Source of the DNA: a virus
Taxonomy: Duplodnaviria; Caudoviricetes
DNA: 28,660 nt
Virus record (IMG/VR): IMGVR_UViG_3300027969_000341
Span: 1 to 28,660 of that record
Reading direction: 5' to 3' (one strand)
This document shows positions 8,898 to 18,513 of this stretch, one piece after another. The position numbers and the translations under genes were made by a program. Within the stretch, counting starts at the first letter, position 1. Every line of letters begins with the position of its first letter. The notes beneath the pieces were generated by a model, which was given only the letters and a program-made list of their open reading frames with translations, made no database searches and was not told the origin of the DNA.

Positions 8898-11800
8898 ATG
8901 GCAAAATTAAAAGACGGTACTAGAGTTTATGGTGGTTTACAAGTAGACAATACACTTACCGTAGCAAATATTACAATCAGTGGTAACTTAGTAGTTACCG
9001 GTACTACAACATCAGTTAACAGTACAGTTACACAATTACAAGACCCAATCTTTGAATTAGGTGCCGGTGCTAATGGCGCGGCATTATCAACAAACGACGG
9101 TAAAGAACGTGGTCTGTTAATGCACTACTACAATGGTAGTGCTATTGATGCTTTTATGGGATGGCATACAAGTAACGGACAGTTTGAATTTGGTTCGTCA
9201 GCTACAGAAACATCAGGTAACATTGTTATTAACACACATGGTAACGTTAAAGCATTTCACTATTATGGTGAAGGCGACACACTAGCAAATATTACTGGTG
9301 CTAATGTTACTGGTTGGGTTGCACAAGCAAACTATGCAAACTATGCAGGTACAGTTACTGATGCATCACAGAGTAACATTACAAGTCTTGGTAACTTAAC
9401 TGGTTTACAAATTGGTAATGCATCTACAACAGGTAATGTAGTTATTACAACAAACGGTACAATTACAGCTACAGGTCAAATTAACGCGGCTGCTACAGCA
9501 TCAAGTACAAGCACAACAACAGGTGCATTGATTGTTGGCGGTGGTACAGGTATTGCTGGTGATTTATGGGTTGGTGGGACAATTCATGGTTCTATCAGTG
9601 GTTCTACAAGTGCTCCTGGTGCGAATACACAAGTAGGATTTAACGACGGTGGTACTACAAACGCAACAGCAGGTTTTACGTTTGACAAATCAAGCAATAC
9701 AGTAAGCACAACTGCTTTAGTATTAGGTGGCGCGGCAAACATTGAAGGCAACATCAACATGACTGCCGCTACTGGTAACATTAAAGGTGCAAATCTTTCA
9801 ATTTTAGCTACCACTACTGCTATATTAAACGGTGGAACTTCATACGCTAATCTAACTTCATCTAGTGTAGTTTTAGAAACTTCCGGTGGTAATGTTACAC
9901 TTAATAATAATGGTAATTTGACTGTTGGTACTGGTGCATTGAAAGTCAATTCAAATGCAGCTATCTTTTCTGATGGTACTGCAAACGTAAAATCAATGAT
10001 TGCAACTGGTTCTGGTAACGTTGGTACTGCAAACGTCGGTAGTGCAATCGTAAGAGACCTTTCAGAACATAATGTTCCTTTCTTAAACGGTGATAGCAGA
10101 TTAGTTGGCTCTGCTAACATAACATTTACTGCTAGTACTAAAACATTAGCAGTTGACAATGTAACAATGTCTGGTACATCAAATGCAGCCAATGTTATTG
10201 TTACTAGTTTGGGTGATACACGTATTCCTTTTGCTAACGGAGGAAAAGCATTAGTTGACAGTGCTAATTTAACATTCAATTCAACAAGTAATACATTGTC
10301 AGTTTTCAACGCTACACTAGCTGGTACAGCAAATGCAGCCGAAGTTATTGTTACAAGCTTGACATCAACACGTGTTCCATTCGTTGATACAGACAAGTCA
10401 TTAACTGATGATAGCACATTCAAATTTACAACAGCTGGTTCTAAACTAGAAGTTGGTAATGTTGATTTAACTGGTGCACTAGTTGCAGCCAATGTAACTT
10501 CAAATAATCTAACATCTGGTCGTGTTACACTTGCGGGTACAGCTGGCAAATTAGAAGATAGCGCAAATCTAACATTTAATGGTACTGTATTAACAGTTAC
10601 AGGTAATGTAGCCGCAACTAACATTTTAACAAATAATTTACGTTATGCTAACGGTGATGCTTGGGATTTACAAGAAGCTCAAGGTACAAACGGTGCAGTA
10701 CAGTTTAATACTTCTGGAAATTTTGCTGCAAGTGCTAACTTGAATTTTAACACAACAGGTAATGTTTTAACTACAGACAGCTTGGTATTAAATGCTGGTG
10801 CAAATATTGCAGGCGATGTTATTGCAGCCAACTTACGTTCTAATGCATTGACTTCTGGACGTGTTGTACTTGGTGGTGCAAGTGGTTTATTATCAGATAG
10901 TTCAAGTCTAACATTTGGTTCAGGTAATTTGGGAGTTGCTGGTAATATTGTAATGAGTGGCGCTTCTGCTAACATCAGTGGTGTTAACTATCTACTTGCT
11001 AATATTGCTAACGTCATAGATATTAACTCAACCGGTAATGCAAACATTGGTGGTTGGTTAACCGCAAAAGATACAGTTATTGTAGGTAACTTGACAGTTA
11101 CTGGTACAACAACTAGTGTTAATACTACAACTTCACAATTAACTGATCCTTTACTTGATTTAGGTAACGGTGCAAACGGTGCGGCATTAACAACTAATGA
11201 TGCATTTGACCGTGGTTTAGTAATGCACACACGTGTTGCTGGTACAAATAAAGATTTGTTCATGGGTTGGGATACTTCTAACACTGAATTCATACTAGCT
11301 AAGAATGTAACAGTAGCAGATAACGTTGTTACAGTTCCAGGAACTACTGATGCTGAAAGAGCCGCAAATCTTGGTGATTTACGTTTAAGCAATATCTATG
11401 CATACAATGCTAACTTTGGTGGTGTTGTATTCTCAGAAGGTAATGTTACATTGGGTTCTGGAAGTAGTTTTGTTGGTAACGTTAGAGGTGACGTTACTGG
11501 TAATATTTCTGGTAACATTAAAGTAGCTGGTGCAAACGGTTCTATTCAATTTGCTACTAACGTAACAGACCATTTTGGTAATACTATAAATGCTACTGCT
11601 ATTGTAGCAAGCGGGTACTATGAAATCGTTGTACCAGGTACAACTAACTTTACTTTAATTGGTGCAGCCAATAGCCTAGCAGGTACAAGATTCACTGCTT
11701 CAGGTGTTGGTACAGGTACAGGTACAGTTAAAACTGTGTCTACATACGGTGACTTAAGTAATGACGGTTCTAATTTACTATATGATAGTGGCAACCTAAG

Positions 11801-13223
11801 CGTAAACGTTGGTACAGGTGGATATGTTAAGACTGACTATTTAACAGGTACATTAACAACAGCATCACAACCTAACGTAACAAGTTTGGGTAATCTAACA
11901 AGTTTACAATCTAATGGTAACATTAAAATTGATAATACTGTTGCAACAAACGGTATTTTAACTGATAATTTATATTATGCAAACGGTGTTGCTTGGGACT
12001 TGCAACAAGCATCTGGCTCAAATAATTATATCCAGTTCAACACTGATAATAATTTTGCATCAAGTGCTAAGTTTACATTTAACCCAACAGGTAATGTCTT
12101 TACAGTTGATGGTAATGCAAACATTACTGGTAAAGTTGAAACTTCTAACGTATTTGTTTCTACACTGACTTCTGGTCGTGTGACATATGCAAGCACAAGT
12201 GGTAAATTAGTTGATGACTCCGCATTCACATTTGGATCAGGAAAATTAACTGTTGGTAATGTTGAACTTTCTGGCACTGCAAACGCAGCCGAAGTTATTG
12301 TTACAAGCTTAACATCAACACGTATCCCGTTTGTTGATAGTGACAAGTCATTGACAGATAGTGCTAATTTGACATTTGCAAGTAACGAATTGAAAGTTAC
12401 AGGTAACGCAAACGTTACTAGCACACTTACAGCAGCCAACGTTATTGTTACTAATTTAACTGGTGGACGCATCACGTTTGCTGAAGTTTCAACGGATCAG
12501 TTAACCGATAATGCTAACTTAGCATTTGATGCAAGTACTAATACATTAACAACTGTTACCGCTAATGTAACAACATTAAACGGTACTACTGCAAATCTAT
12601 CTGGCAATATTTTTGGTGCAAATCTTTATGCTAACTCAGGTACAGTTAAGGCTACATACTTAGAAGGTACATTGACAACAGCAAGCGCAAGTCAAGGAAA
12701 CATAACAAGTGTTGGTACATTAACATCATTGGCAGTTAGTGGAACATCAAACTTAAATGCAATTAGTAATGTAACTATTACTGGCGGATCTGCTGGTCAA
12801 ATTATTCAGACAGATGGCGCAGGTAACCTAAGTTTCGTATCTAACGATACAACTAGAATTGTTAATGGTACAAGTAATGTAAGTATTGCATCTTCTGGCG
12901 GCAGTGCTGTAACAGTAGTTGCCGGTACTACAATTCTTACTGTTTCTGGTACAGGTGCAAACGTAGTAGGTGTTGTTGAAGCATCAGGTAATATCACTGC
13001 AAACAATATTACTTCTAACAACTATATTACTGCAAACAGTACAACTGATGCAACTAATGCAATTACTGGTGCAATTCATACTGAAGGTGGTATTTCTGCT
13101 AAAGGCAATATCTACGCCGGTAAGGCAGTTGGTTTCGCAGTTGGAACTGGTGGCAACACAGACAGTGCGGCATACATTCAATACAACTCAACATCAGGTA
13201 GTTTAGACTTCATCTTCAATTAA
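8898..13223 (+). CDS. Long repetitive fibre shaft protein (1441 aa)
   Basis: SD AAGGA. N-terminal MAKLKDGTRVYG, two DPI/DRG/GWD modules, eight ~48-50 aa LTSxR(V/I)xF...LxDxANLTF repeats, three QxNITS repeats, C-terminal YNSTSGSLDFIFN. Confidence 0.85.
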   Translation: MAKLKDGTRVYGGLQVDNTLTVANITISGNLVVTGTTTSVNSTVTQLQDPIFELGAGANGAALSTNDGKERGLLMHYYNGSAIDAFMGWHTSNGQFEFGSSATETSGNIVINTHGNVKAFHYYGEGDTLANITGANVTGWVAQANYANYAGTVTDASQSNITSLGNLTGLQIGNASTTGNVVITTNGTITATGQINAAATASSTSTTTGALIVGGGTGIAGDLWVGGTIHGSISGSTSAPGANTQVGFNDGGTTNATAGFTFDKSSNTVSTTALVLGGAANIEGNINMTAATGNIKGANLSILATTTAILNGGTSYANLTSSSVVLETSGGNVTLNNNGNLTVGTGALKVNSNAAIFSDGTANVKSMIATGSGNVGTANVGSAIVRDLSEHNVPFLNGDSRLVGSANITFTASTKTLAVDNVTMSGTSNAANVIVTSLGDTRIPFANGGKALVDSANLTFNSTSNTLSVFNATLAGTANAAEVIVTSLTSTRVPFVDTDKSLTDDSTFKFTTAGSKLEVGNVDLTGALVAANVTSNNLTSGRVTLAGTAGKLEDSANLTFNGTVLTVTGNVAATNILTNNLRYANGDAWDLQEAQGTNGAVQFNTSGNFAASANLNFNTTGNVLTTDSLVLNAGANIAGDVIAANLRSNALTSGRVVLGGASGLLSDSSSLTFGSGNLGVAGNIVMSGASANISGVNYLLANIANVIDINSTGNANIGGWLTAKDTVIVGNLTVTGTTTSVNTTTSQLTDPLLDLGNGANGAALTTNDAFDRGLVMHTRVAGTNKDLFMGWDTSNTEFILAKNVTVADNVVTVPGTTDAERAANLGDLRLSNIYAYNANFGGVVFSEGNVTLGSGSSFVGNVRGDVTGNISGNIKVAGANGSIQFATNVTDHFGNTINATAIVASGYYEIVVPGTTNFTLIGAANSLAGTRFTASGVGTGTGTVKTVSTYGDLSNDGSNLLYDSGNLSVNVGTGGYVKTDYLTGTLTTASQPNVTSLGNLTSLQSNGNIKIDNTVATNGILTDNLYYANGVAWDLQQASGSNNYIQFNTDNNFASSAKFTFNPTGNVFTVDGNANITGKVETSNVFVSTLTSGRVTYASTSGKLVDDSAFTFGSGKLTVGNVELSGTANAAEVIVTSLTSTRIPFVDSDKSLTDSANLTFASNELKVTGNANVTSTLTAANVIVTNLTGGRITFAEVSTDQLTDNANLAFDASTNTLTTVTANVTTLNGTTANLSGNIFGANLYANSGTVKATYLEGTLTTASASQGNITSVGTLTSLAVSGTSNLNAISNVTITGGSAGQIIQTDGAGNLSFVSNDTTRIVNGTSNVSIASSGGSAVTVVAGTTILTVSGTGANVVGVVEASGNITANNITSNNYITANSTTDATNAITGAIHTEGGISAKGNIYAGKAVGFAVGTGGNTDSAAYIQYNSTSGSLDFIFN
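10335..10360 (+). repeat. Intragenic exact 26-nt direct repeat (second copy 12285..12310)
   Basis: gcagccgaagttattgttacaagctt occurs twice, 1950 nt apart, and similarity continues beyond the exact core (acatcaacacgt...gacaagtcatt). Confidence 0.9.
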
Positions 13224-13234
13224 TTGGAGATGTT

Positions 13235-13468
13235 ATGGCTACAATTGCGGCAAGATTGAGTAATACAGGGAACCTGTACTGTAACAAAGACAACATTACA
13301 GGGTTCAGTGAAGTCAGCCAAGCAAACATAAGCATCACCCCTAATGGGGTGTTTGCTTATACGTTGGATGAATATACAGGCACCGAAAATAGTAAGGCCA
13401 TGCAACAGCTAAATACGGGTGTACTAAAAATTTCCGGAGTTTTTGACGAAGTATCTGGAATATCATAA
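13235..13468 (+). CDS. Small three-repeat adaptor-like protein (77 aa)
   Basis: SD GGAG upstream; fills the gap between two large genes. Paralogous to both termini of 7911..8858. Three segments end FSEVS, LDEYT and FDEVS. Confidence 0.8.
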   Translation: MATIAARLSNTGNLYCNKDNITGFSEVSQANISITPNGVFAYTLDEYTGTENSKAMQQLNTGVLKISGVFDEVSGIS

Positions 13469-13479
13469 GTATATAAGTA
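13465..13479 (+). promoter_or_regulatory. Tandem ATAAGTA motifs, candidate T4-like late promoter
   Basis: ATAAGTA at 13465-13471 and 13473-13479, just upstream of the ATG at 13495. The second (TATAAGTA) has one mismatch to the T4 late consensus TATAAATA. Confidence 0.4.
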
Positions 13480-13494
13480 AGGTATAAAAACAGC

Positions 13495-15990
13495 ATGGCA
13501 CTCTTACGTTCAGGCACAAGAATATATGGTAACGCAACAATTGATACGGTGTTGGACATCGATGGTCAAGATGCCGCTACCAGTAACGTAACAGGTGCAT
13601 TAAAAATAGCCGGTGGTATCGGCGTAAAAGGTAATGTATTCAGTTCAGGAAACATTACAGCACTAAATGCTAATTTGGGCAATCTAGTAATTGCTAATTA
13701 TGTCACTGGTACACTAACAACAAATGCCCAACCTAATATTACAAGTGTTGGGTCATTAACTTCTTTAACAGTTACTGGAAGTTTAACTGGTAATAATGCT
13801 ACATTTTCTGGAAATTTAATTGTTAACGGAAGCTTAGTATATGCTAACGTTTCCACATTAAACATTAAAGACCCGATCATTGAACAAGGCGGCGGTGTAG
13901 ATGGAACAGCACTAGCGACCAATGACTTAAAGGATCGTGGTCAATTATTACATTACTATACGACTGCCCCAGTTGACGCATTCATGGGCTGGGATAATTC
14001 AAATGCAGAGTTTGCATTTGGAAGTAATGTAACAATATCAAGTGAGATTATTACATTTAATACATTAGGTAATGTACGTGCTAATACTTTCTTAGGTAAT
14101 TTAAGTGGTTCTGCTACTACAGTTACTGCATCATCTCAACCAAATATAACATCAGTTGGTACACTACTTAACACTACAATGGGCGGTGCAAACTCATTGT
14201 CTGGTGGTAATCTAGTAAGTGCTACTTACTTGACAGGGACAATAACTACTAATGCACAACCTAATATTACAAGTCTTGGAACATTAACTGGATTAAATGT
14301 TTTAGGTTCTTCTAATTTAGGTCCTCCCGCAAATGTACGAATTACAGGTGGAATCAATGGTTATGTATTAATTACAGATGGAAATGGTAATTTAAGTTGG
14401 GCTGCCGGAGCTAGTGGTTCAGGTAATGCTAACGTTGCAGGCTCTAATACACAAATTCAATATAATGATGGTACTAATCTAGCTGGTAGTGCCAATCTAA
14501 CATTCAATAATACATCTAACACGTTAACAGTAGACAAAATAACAGTTATTGATTTGAGCGTTACTGGTAATGTTACTAGCAATTTAATACCATCTGTTGA
14601 TAGCACATATGATTTAGGTTCTAGTAGTCGTAAATTCAAAGATTTGTATCTTTCAGGTAATAGTTTACATTTATCAGACGTAACAGTAACGGCTAACAAT
14701 GGTAATTTGAGTTTACCAAACACAGTATTCAGTGGTAAAACTTTTGTATCCAATGTAAGTAATTTAAATATTTCAGGTGGAACAAGTGGTTATGTATTAA
14801 GCACTGATGGGTCAGGTAATCTAAATTGGGTTAGTGCAGGTAATGCACTACAGTCATCCGGTGGTATTAGCATAGTATCAAACATTGCTAACCTAGTTGC
14901 TGGTTCTGCAATTGATGTATCAGTTAGTTATGCTGATGCAAACTTTCCAGGCGGTAAATATACAATTGCACAATTAGGGCCTGTTTCATTAAGTGCAACT
15001 GATGTTTGGTATACTGGTTCTGCAACTAAGAATGCTTATTCAAATGCTCTTGCTGGAACGGTTAATACACAAAACGTAAATGTAACATTTGGTTTAGCAA
15101 ATGCTACATTTAATGTACAAAGTAGTGACTACATCAATATTGGTAGCAGTAATGTAACTGGAGCAAATCTATTAGCACTGAACATTACAGCTAACGGAAC
15201 ATATATAATTCCTAGCGCATATTTAACAGCAGCCAATACACAAACTAATTCAACTGTAGCGGTAACTGCAAACTTAACAACAAGTAGAGGTGCATACACT
15301 GCTACCGGAACTTCACTAACTAATACCCCGGCTGTACCATTTAACGTTACAGCACTAAGCGGAACATTCGCAAATTCATCAATTCCATATTGGAGCTTGA
15401 ATCAAACATTTAACTGGAATGCAACCACTTCAAGCGGTGCAACCGTAGCAAGTGGAAATGTAACATACAGTGGAGTGATCGGTACTTCAGGTACACTAAC
15501 AAGTGTAGGTGCAACATCAGGAACAAGTGCTTCATTAGATAGCACAATGAATTATACTATAACAAGTAGTGATTATTATGGTGCAGGCGCCTTTGGTGCT
15601 GGGAGTAGAACAATGACTGCAACTGTTAATGGTACAGTAACTGCGGCAACAAAATATTATCCATTGTTTTATAAAATAACAGCTAATAGCACAGTGCCGA
15701 CATTTACTGTAAGCGACAATCGTAACAGTAACACTTATGCAACAGGTCAAGGTGCTTCTACTAACACAACTTCTGGTGATTATCTTTGGTTAGTTATTCC
15801 TAATTACCCAAGTAATAGTAGTAGTTTAGCAAGTCATACATTCAAACATGTGTTTGGTGGATTTGATATTGTAGATACACCAACAGTGACCGGTACACAA
15901 ACTATTACATCAGCCGGACAAAGTTATAACTATTCAATTTATGGCTTTACTGGTTTTACAACAATATCAACAATTATAACAACTTCATAA
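13495..15990 (+). CDS. Fibre protein with repetitive shaft and C-terminal beta-rich head (831 aa)
   Basis: N-terminal MALLRSGTRIYG, one DPI/DRG/GWD module, three QPNITS repeats, LIPSVDSTYDLGSSSRKFKDLYL fibre motif, two TDG.G.L.W motifs and a non-repetitive Thr/Ser-rich C-terminal half. Confidence 0.85.
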   Translation: MALLRSGTRIYGNATIDTVLDIDGQDAATSNVTGALKIAGGIGVKGNVFSSGNITALNANLGNLVIANYVTGTLTTNAQPNITSVGSLTSLTVTGSLTGNNATFSGNLIVNGSLVYANVSTLNIKDPIIEQGGGVDGTALATNDLKDRGQLLHYYTTAPVDAFMGWDNSNAEFAFGSNVTISSEIITFNTLGNVRANTFLGNLSGSATTVTASSQPNITSVGTLLNTTMGGANSLSGGNLVSATYLTGTITTNAQPNITSLGTLTGLNVLGSSNLGPPANVRITGGINGYVLITDGNGNLSWAAGASGSGNANVAGSNTQIQYNDGTNLAGSANLTFNNTSNTLTVDKITVIDLSVTGNVTSNLIPSVDSTYDLGSSSRKFKDLYLSGNSLHLSDVTVTANNGNLSLPNTVFSGKTFVSNVSNLNISGGTSGYVLSTDGSGNLNWVSAGNALQSSGGISIVSNIANLVAGSAIDVSVSYADANFPGGKYTIAQLGPVSLSATDVWYTGSATKNAYSNALAGTVNTQNVNVTFGLANATFNVQSSDYINIGSSNVTGANLLALNITANGTYIIPSAYLTAANTQTNSTVAVTANLTTSRGAYTATGTSLTNTPAVPFNVTALSGTFANSSIPYWSLNQTFNWNATTSSGATVASGNVTYSGVIGTSGTLTSVGATSGTSASLDSTMNYTITSSDYYGAGAFGAGSRTMTATVNGTVTAATKYYPLFYKITANSTVPTFTVSDNRNSNTYATGQGASTNTTSGDYLWLVIPNYPSNSSSLASHTFKHVFGGFDIVDTPTVTGTQTITSAGQSYNYSIYGFTGFTTISTIITTS

Positions 15991-15991
15991 A

Positions 15992-17308
15992 ATGGCAGCA
16001 GCAACCCTTACCTTCCCCTCAGCAACGTTACTTAAAAACGTTGTTAATCCAGTGGATGGGTCAGACGCCGCAACCAAAACATATGTTGATAGTCAAATTT
16101 CTAGCGGCGCAAGTGTCGGTGCTGCCGGTAGCAATACGCAAGTACAATTTAATACTGCCAATGTATTAAGTGCAAGTGCTAATTTCACATTTAATAGCGC
16201 AACTAGTTTATTAACATTAACTGGCGACGCAATTATTACCGGTAATCTAATAGTTAGTGGTGCAACGGAATATACAAACGTAACAAATATATATGTAAAA
16301 GACCCAATCATTGAACAAGGTGGCGGATCAAATGCAGCCGCATTAAGTACGAATGATGGCAAAGACCGTGGTCAATTACTACATTACTATACCTCACAAG
16401 CAGTTGATGCATTTATGGGCTGGGACAATTCAAATGCAGAATTTGCATTTGGTAGTAATGTTAGTGTGTCGAGTGAAGTCGTAACATTTAATTCATATGG
16501 TAATGTTCGTGCTAATGTATATTATGGTAATGGTAGTCAATTAACCGGAGTTGCCGCAAGTTCAGCAACTTCGGCCGGCACAGTAACAACAGCCGCACAA
16601 CCAAACATTACTTCAGTTGGTACATTAACAAGTTTAAGTGTATCGGGTAATGTTGACTTCTATGGTGCTAATGTAAGTTTAGGTAATATCAGTAATCTGC
16701 ATATTACTGGTGGAACAAGTGGTTATTTCTTAACAACAGATGGTTCAGGTAGTTTAAGTTGGGCGGCACAAACTGCACTAACTGCCACTGTAGATGAATT
16801 TACTGCTAATGGTTCATATACTACATTTACGTTATCTACTACCCCATCAAGTGAAAATGTTACAATGGTTGCAGTTCAGGGTGTATTACAACCCAAGTCG
16901 TCCTATTCATTAATGGGTCCACAATTAACATTTGATGCCGCTCCCCCGGCATCAGCGTTTATTGAAGTAACAACATTTAGTGGTGGAGCCGGTGGCGGCG
17001 GAAGTAGTAGTCCTGCACTAACTTGGAATATAGCAAGTAGCAATGCAACTATGGTTGCAAACAATGGATACTTTGTTGACACATCAGGTGGTGCTAAGAC
17101 AATGACATTACCAACTAGCGCAACATTGGGCGATACAATTCGTATCAACGATTTGGCAGGATCGTTTGCTACAAACAATTTAACAATTGCACGAAATGGT
17201 CATAAGATTCAAGGAATAGCTGATAATTTATTAGTAGATGCAGACCAGAGTAGTTTTGGTTTAGTATACAGTAACAGCACATATGGCTGGAAAGTATTGG
17301 AGTTATAA
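15992..17308 (+). CDS. Fibre/connector protein with DAATKxYVD neck, FTxxG beta-domain and T4 gp34/gp10-like C-terminal domain (438 aa)
   Basis: NPVDGSDAATKTYVD motif, DPI/DRG/GWD module and 63-aa VDEFTANG...IEVTTF domain. C-terminal YFVDT...TLP...GD.I...NNLTIARNG..I.G...GW domain. Confidence 0.8.
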   Translation: MAAATLTFPSATLLKNVVNPVDGSDAATKTYVDSQISSGASVGAAGSNTQVQFNTANVLSASANFTFNSATSLLTLTGDAIITGNLIVSGATEYTNVTNIYVKDPIIEQGGGSNAAALSTNDGKDRGQLLHYYTSQAVDAFMGWDNSNAEFAFGSNVSVSSEVVTFNSYGNVRANVYYGNGSQLTGVAASSATSAGTVTTAAQPNITSVGTLTSLSVSGNVDFYGANVSLGNISNLHITGGTSGYFLTTDGSGSLSWAAQTALTATVDEFTANGSYTTFTLSTTPSSENVTMVAVQGVLQPKSSYSLMGPQLTFDAAPPASAFIEVTTFSGGAGGGGSSSPALTWNIASSNATMVANNGYFVDTSGGAKTMTLPTSATLGDTIRINDLAGSFATNNLTIARNGHKIQGIADNLLVDADQSSFGLVYSNSTYGWKVLEL

Positions 17309-18504
17309 TGGCAACCACTAATTTAAAAAATATAAAATCATCTGCACTTACTCCTGTTTTAACTGCCGCAGGAATTTCAACAAGTCCCAAAATAACTTCA
17401 TTGGCGTATGCAGGTGTAACAATTTCGGCTAACGCGGCAGGCGGGGAAACATTAACTATCACTGGATCTGGATTCAGCGCCGGCGCAACAGTGTATGTTG
17501 ACACTACTAGTTGTACAACTACATATGTAAGTTCAACAAGTTTAACATTTACTGCACCTGCAAAAAGTGCAGGTTCTTATCATCTTTATGTTTATAACAC
17601 TGATGGAAGTTTTGCTTTAAAACCCGGTGGAATTACATTTATAGCATATGTTGTATCAACAATAGAATATTTGATAGTTGCAGGCGGGGGCGGAGGCGCC
17701 GCAAATAGTGGCGGTGGAGGGGGCGCAGGTGGATTAAGAGAATCTACCGTTTCTGTTGCTACAAGTGTTCAATATAATGTTACTGTTGGCGGTGGAGGTA
17801 GTGCAGGTGCTGCAACCAGCGTACCTGGACAAAATGGTGGTGCTGGAACTAATTCATCATTAATTGGTGGTGCAGTTAGTATTTCTGCCTCTGGAGGAGG
17901 AGGTGGTGTAGGTGCAGATCAAGGCGTTGGTACAGTTACTTCTCAAAATGGAGGTTCAAGTGGTGGCGGCTCCGGAGGACACCCATTAGCCGGTACCGGT
18001 AATGCAGGTGGATATACCCCGGTAGAAGGATACACAGGCGGTACTGGAACTACCAGTCCAACTTATTTAGGTGGCGGAGGCGGCGGTGCTACTGCCGCAG
18101 GTATCGCCGCAAATGGTATAACAAATGGCACTGCAGGTAATGGTGGTGCCGGTAAAGCATCTAGCATTTCTGGATCTAGTGTAACTTACGCGGGTGGCGG
18201 CGGTGGTGGAACTAGAAATGGTTCAGGAACACAGGGTACCGGTGGAGCAGGTGGAGGGGGTGCCGGTAATCATAGTAATAATGCAGGTTTACCCGGAACT
18301 GATAATACCGGAGGGGGTGGTGGCGCCGGTGGATGGGCTAGTTCATATGGTGGCGCCGGTAACACAGGTGGTTCCGGAGTAGTAATTATTCGCTATTCAG
18401 ATGCATTTTCAGCCGCAGTGACAACAACAGGGTCACCTACAATAACAGTAGCAGGCGGATACAGAGTTTACAAATTCACTGCATCCGGCAGTATAACATT
18501 CTAA
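17308..18504 (+). CDS. IPT/TIG-like domain plus glycine-rich domain protein (398 aa), candidate adhesin
   Basis: TAATG coupling. PKITS...GGETLTITGSGF..GATVYV...VSSTSLTFTAPA..AG.Y.LYV.N.DG matches the IPT/TIG pattern, followed by EYLIVAGGGGG...GGSGVVIIRY...YKFTASGSITF. Confidence 0.85.
   Translation: MATTNLKNIKSSALTPVLTAAGISTSPKITSLAYAGVTISANAAGGETLTITGSGFSAGATVYVDTTSCTTTYVSSTSLTFTAPAKSAGSYHLYVYNTDGSFALKPGGITFIAYVVSTIEYLIVAGGGGGAANSGGGGGAGGLRESTVSVATSVQYNVTVGGGGSAGAATSVPGQNGGAGTNSSLIGGAVSISASGGGGGVGADQGVGTVTSQNGGSSGGGSGGHPLAGTGNAGGYTPVEGYTGGTGTTSPTYLGGGGGGATAAGIAANGITNGTAGNGGAGKASSISGSSVTYAGGGGGGTRNGSGTQGTGGAGGGGAGNHSNNAGLPGTDNTGGGGGAGGWASSYGGAGNTGGSGVVIIRYSDAFSAAVTTTGSPTITVAGGYRVYKFTASGSITF
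18478..18504 (+). repeat. Exact 27-nt direct repeat forming the 3' ends of two adjacent genes (second copy 19696..19722)
   Basis: actgcatccggcagtataacattctaa terminates both 17308..18504 and 18514..19722. Confidence 0.95.
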
Positions 18505-18513
18505 GAGAACGAC

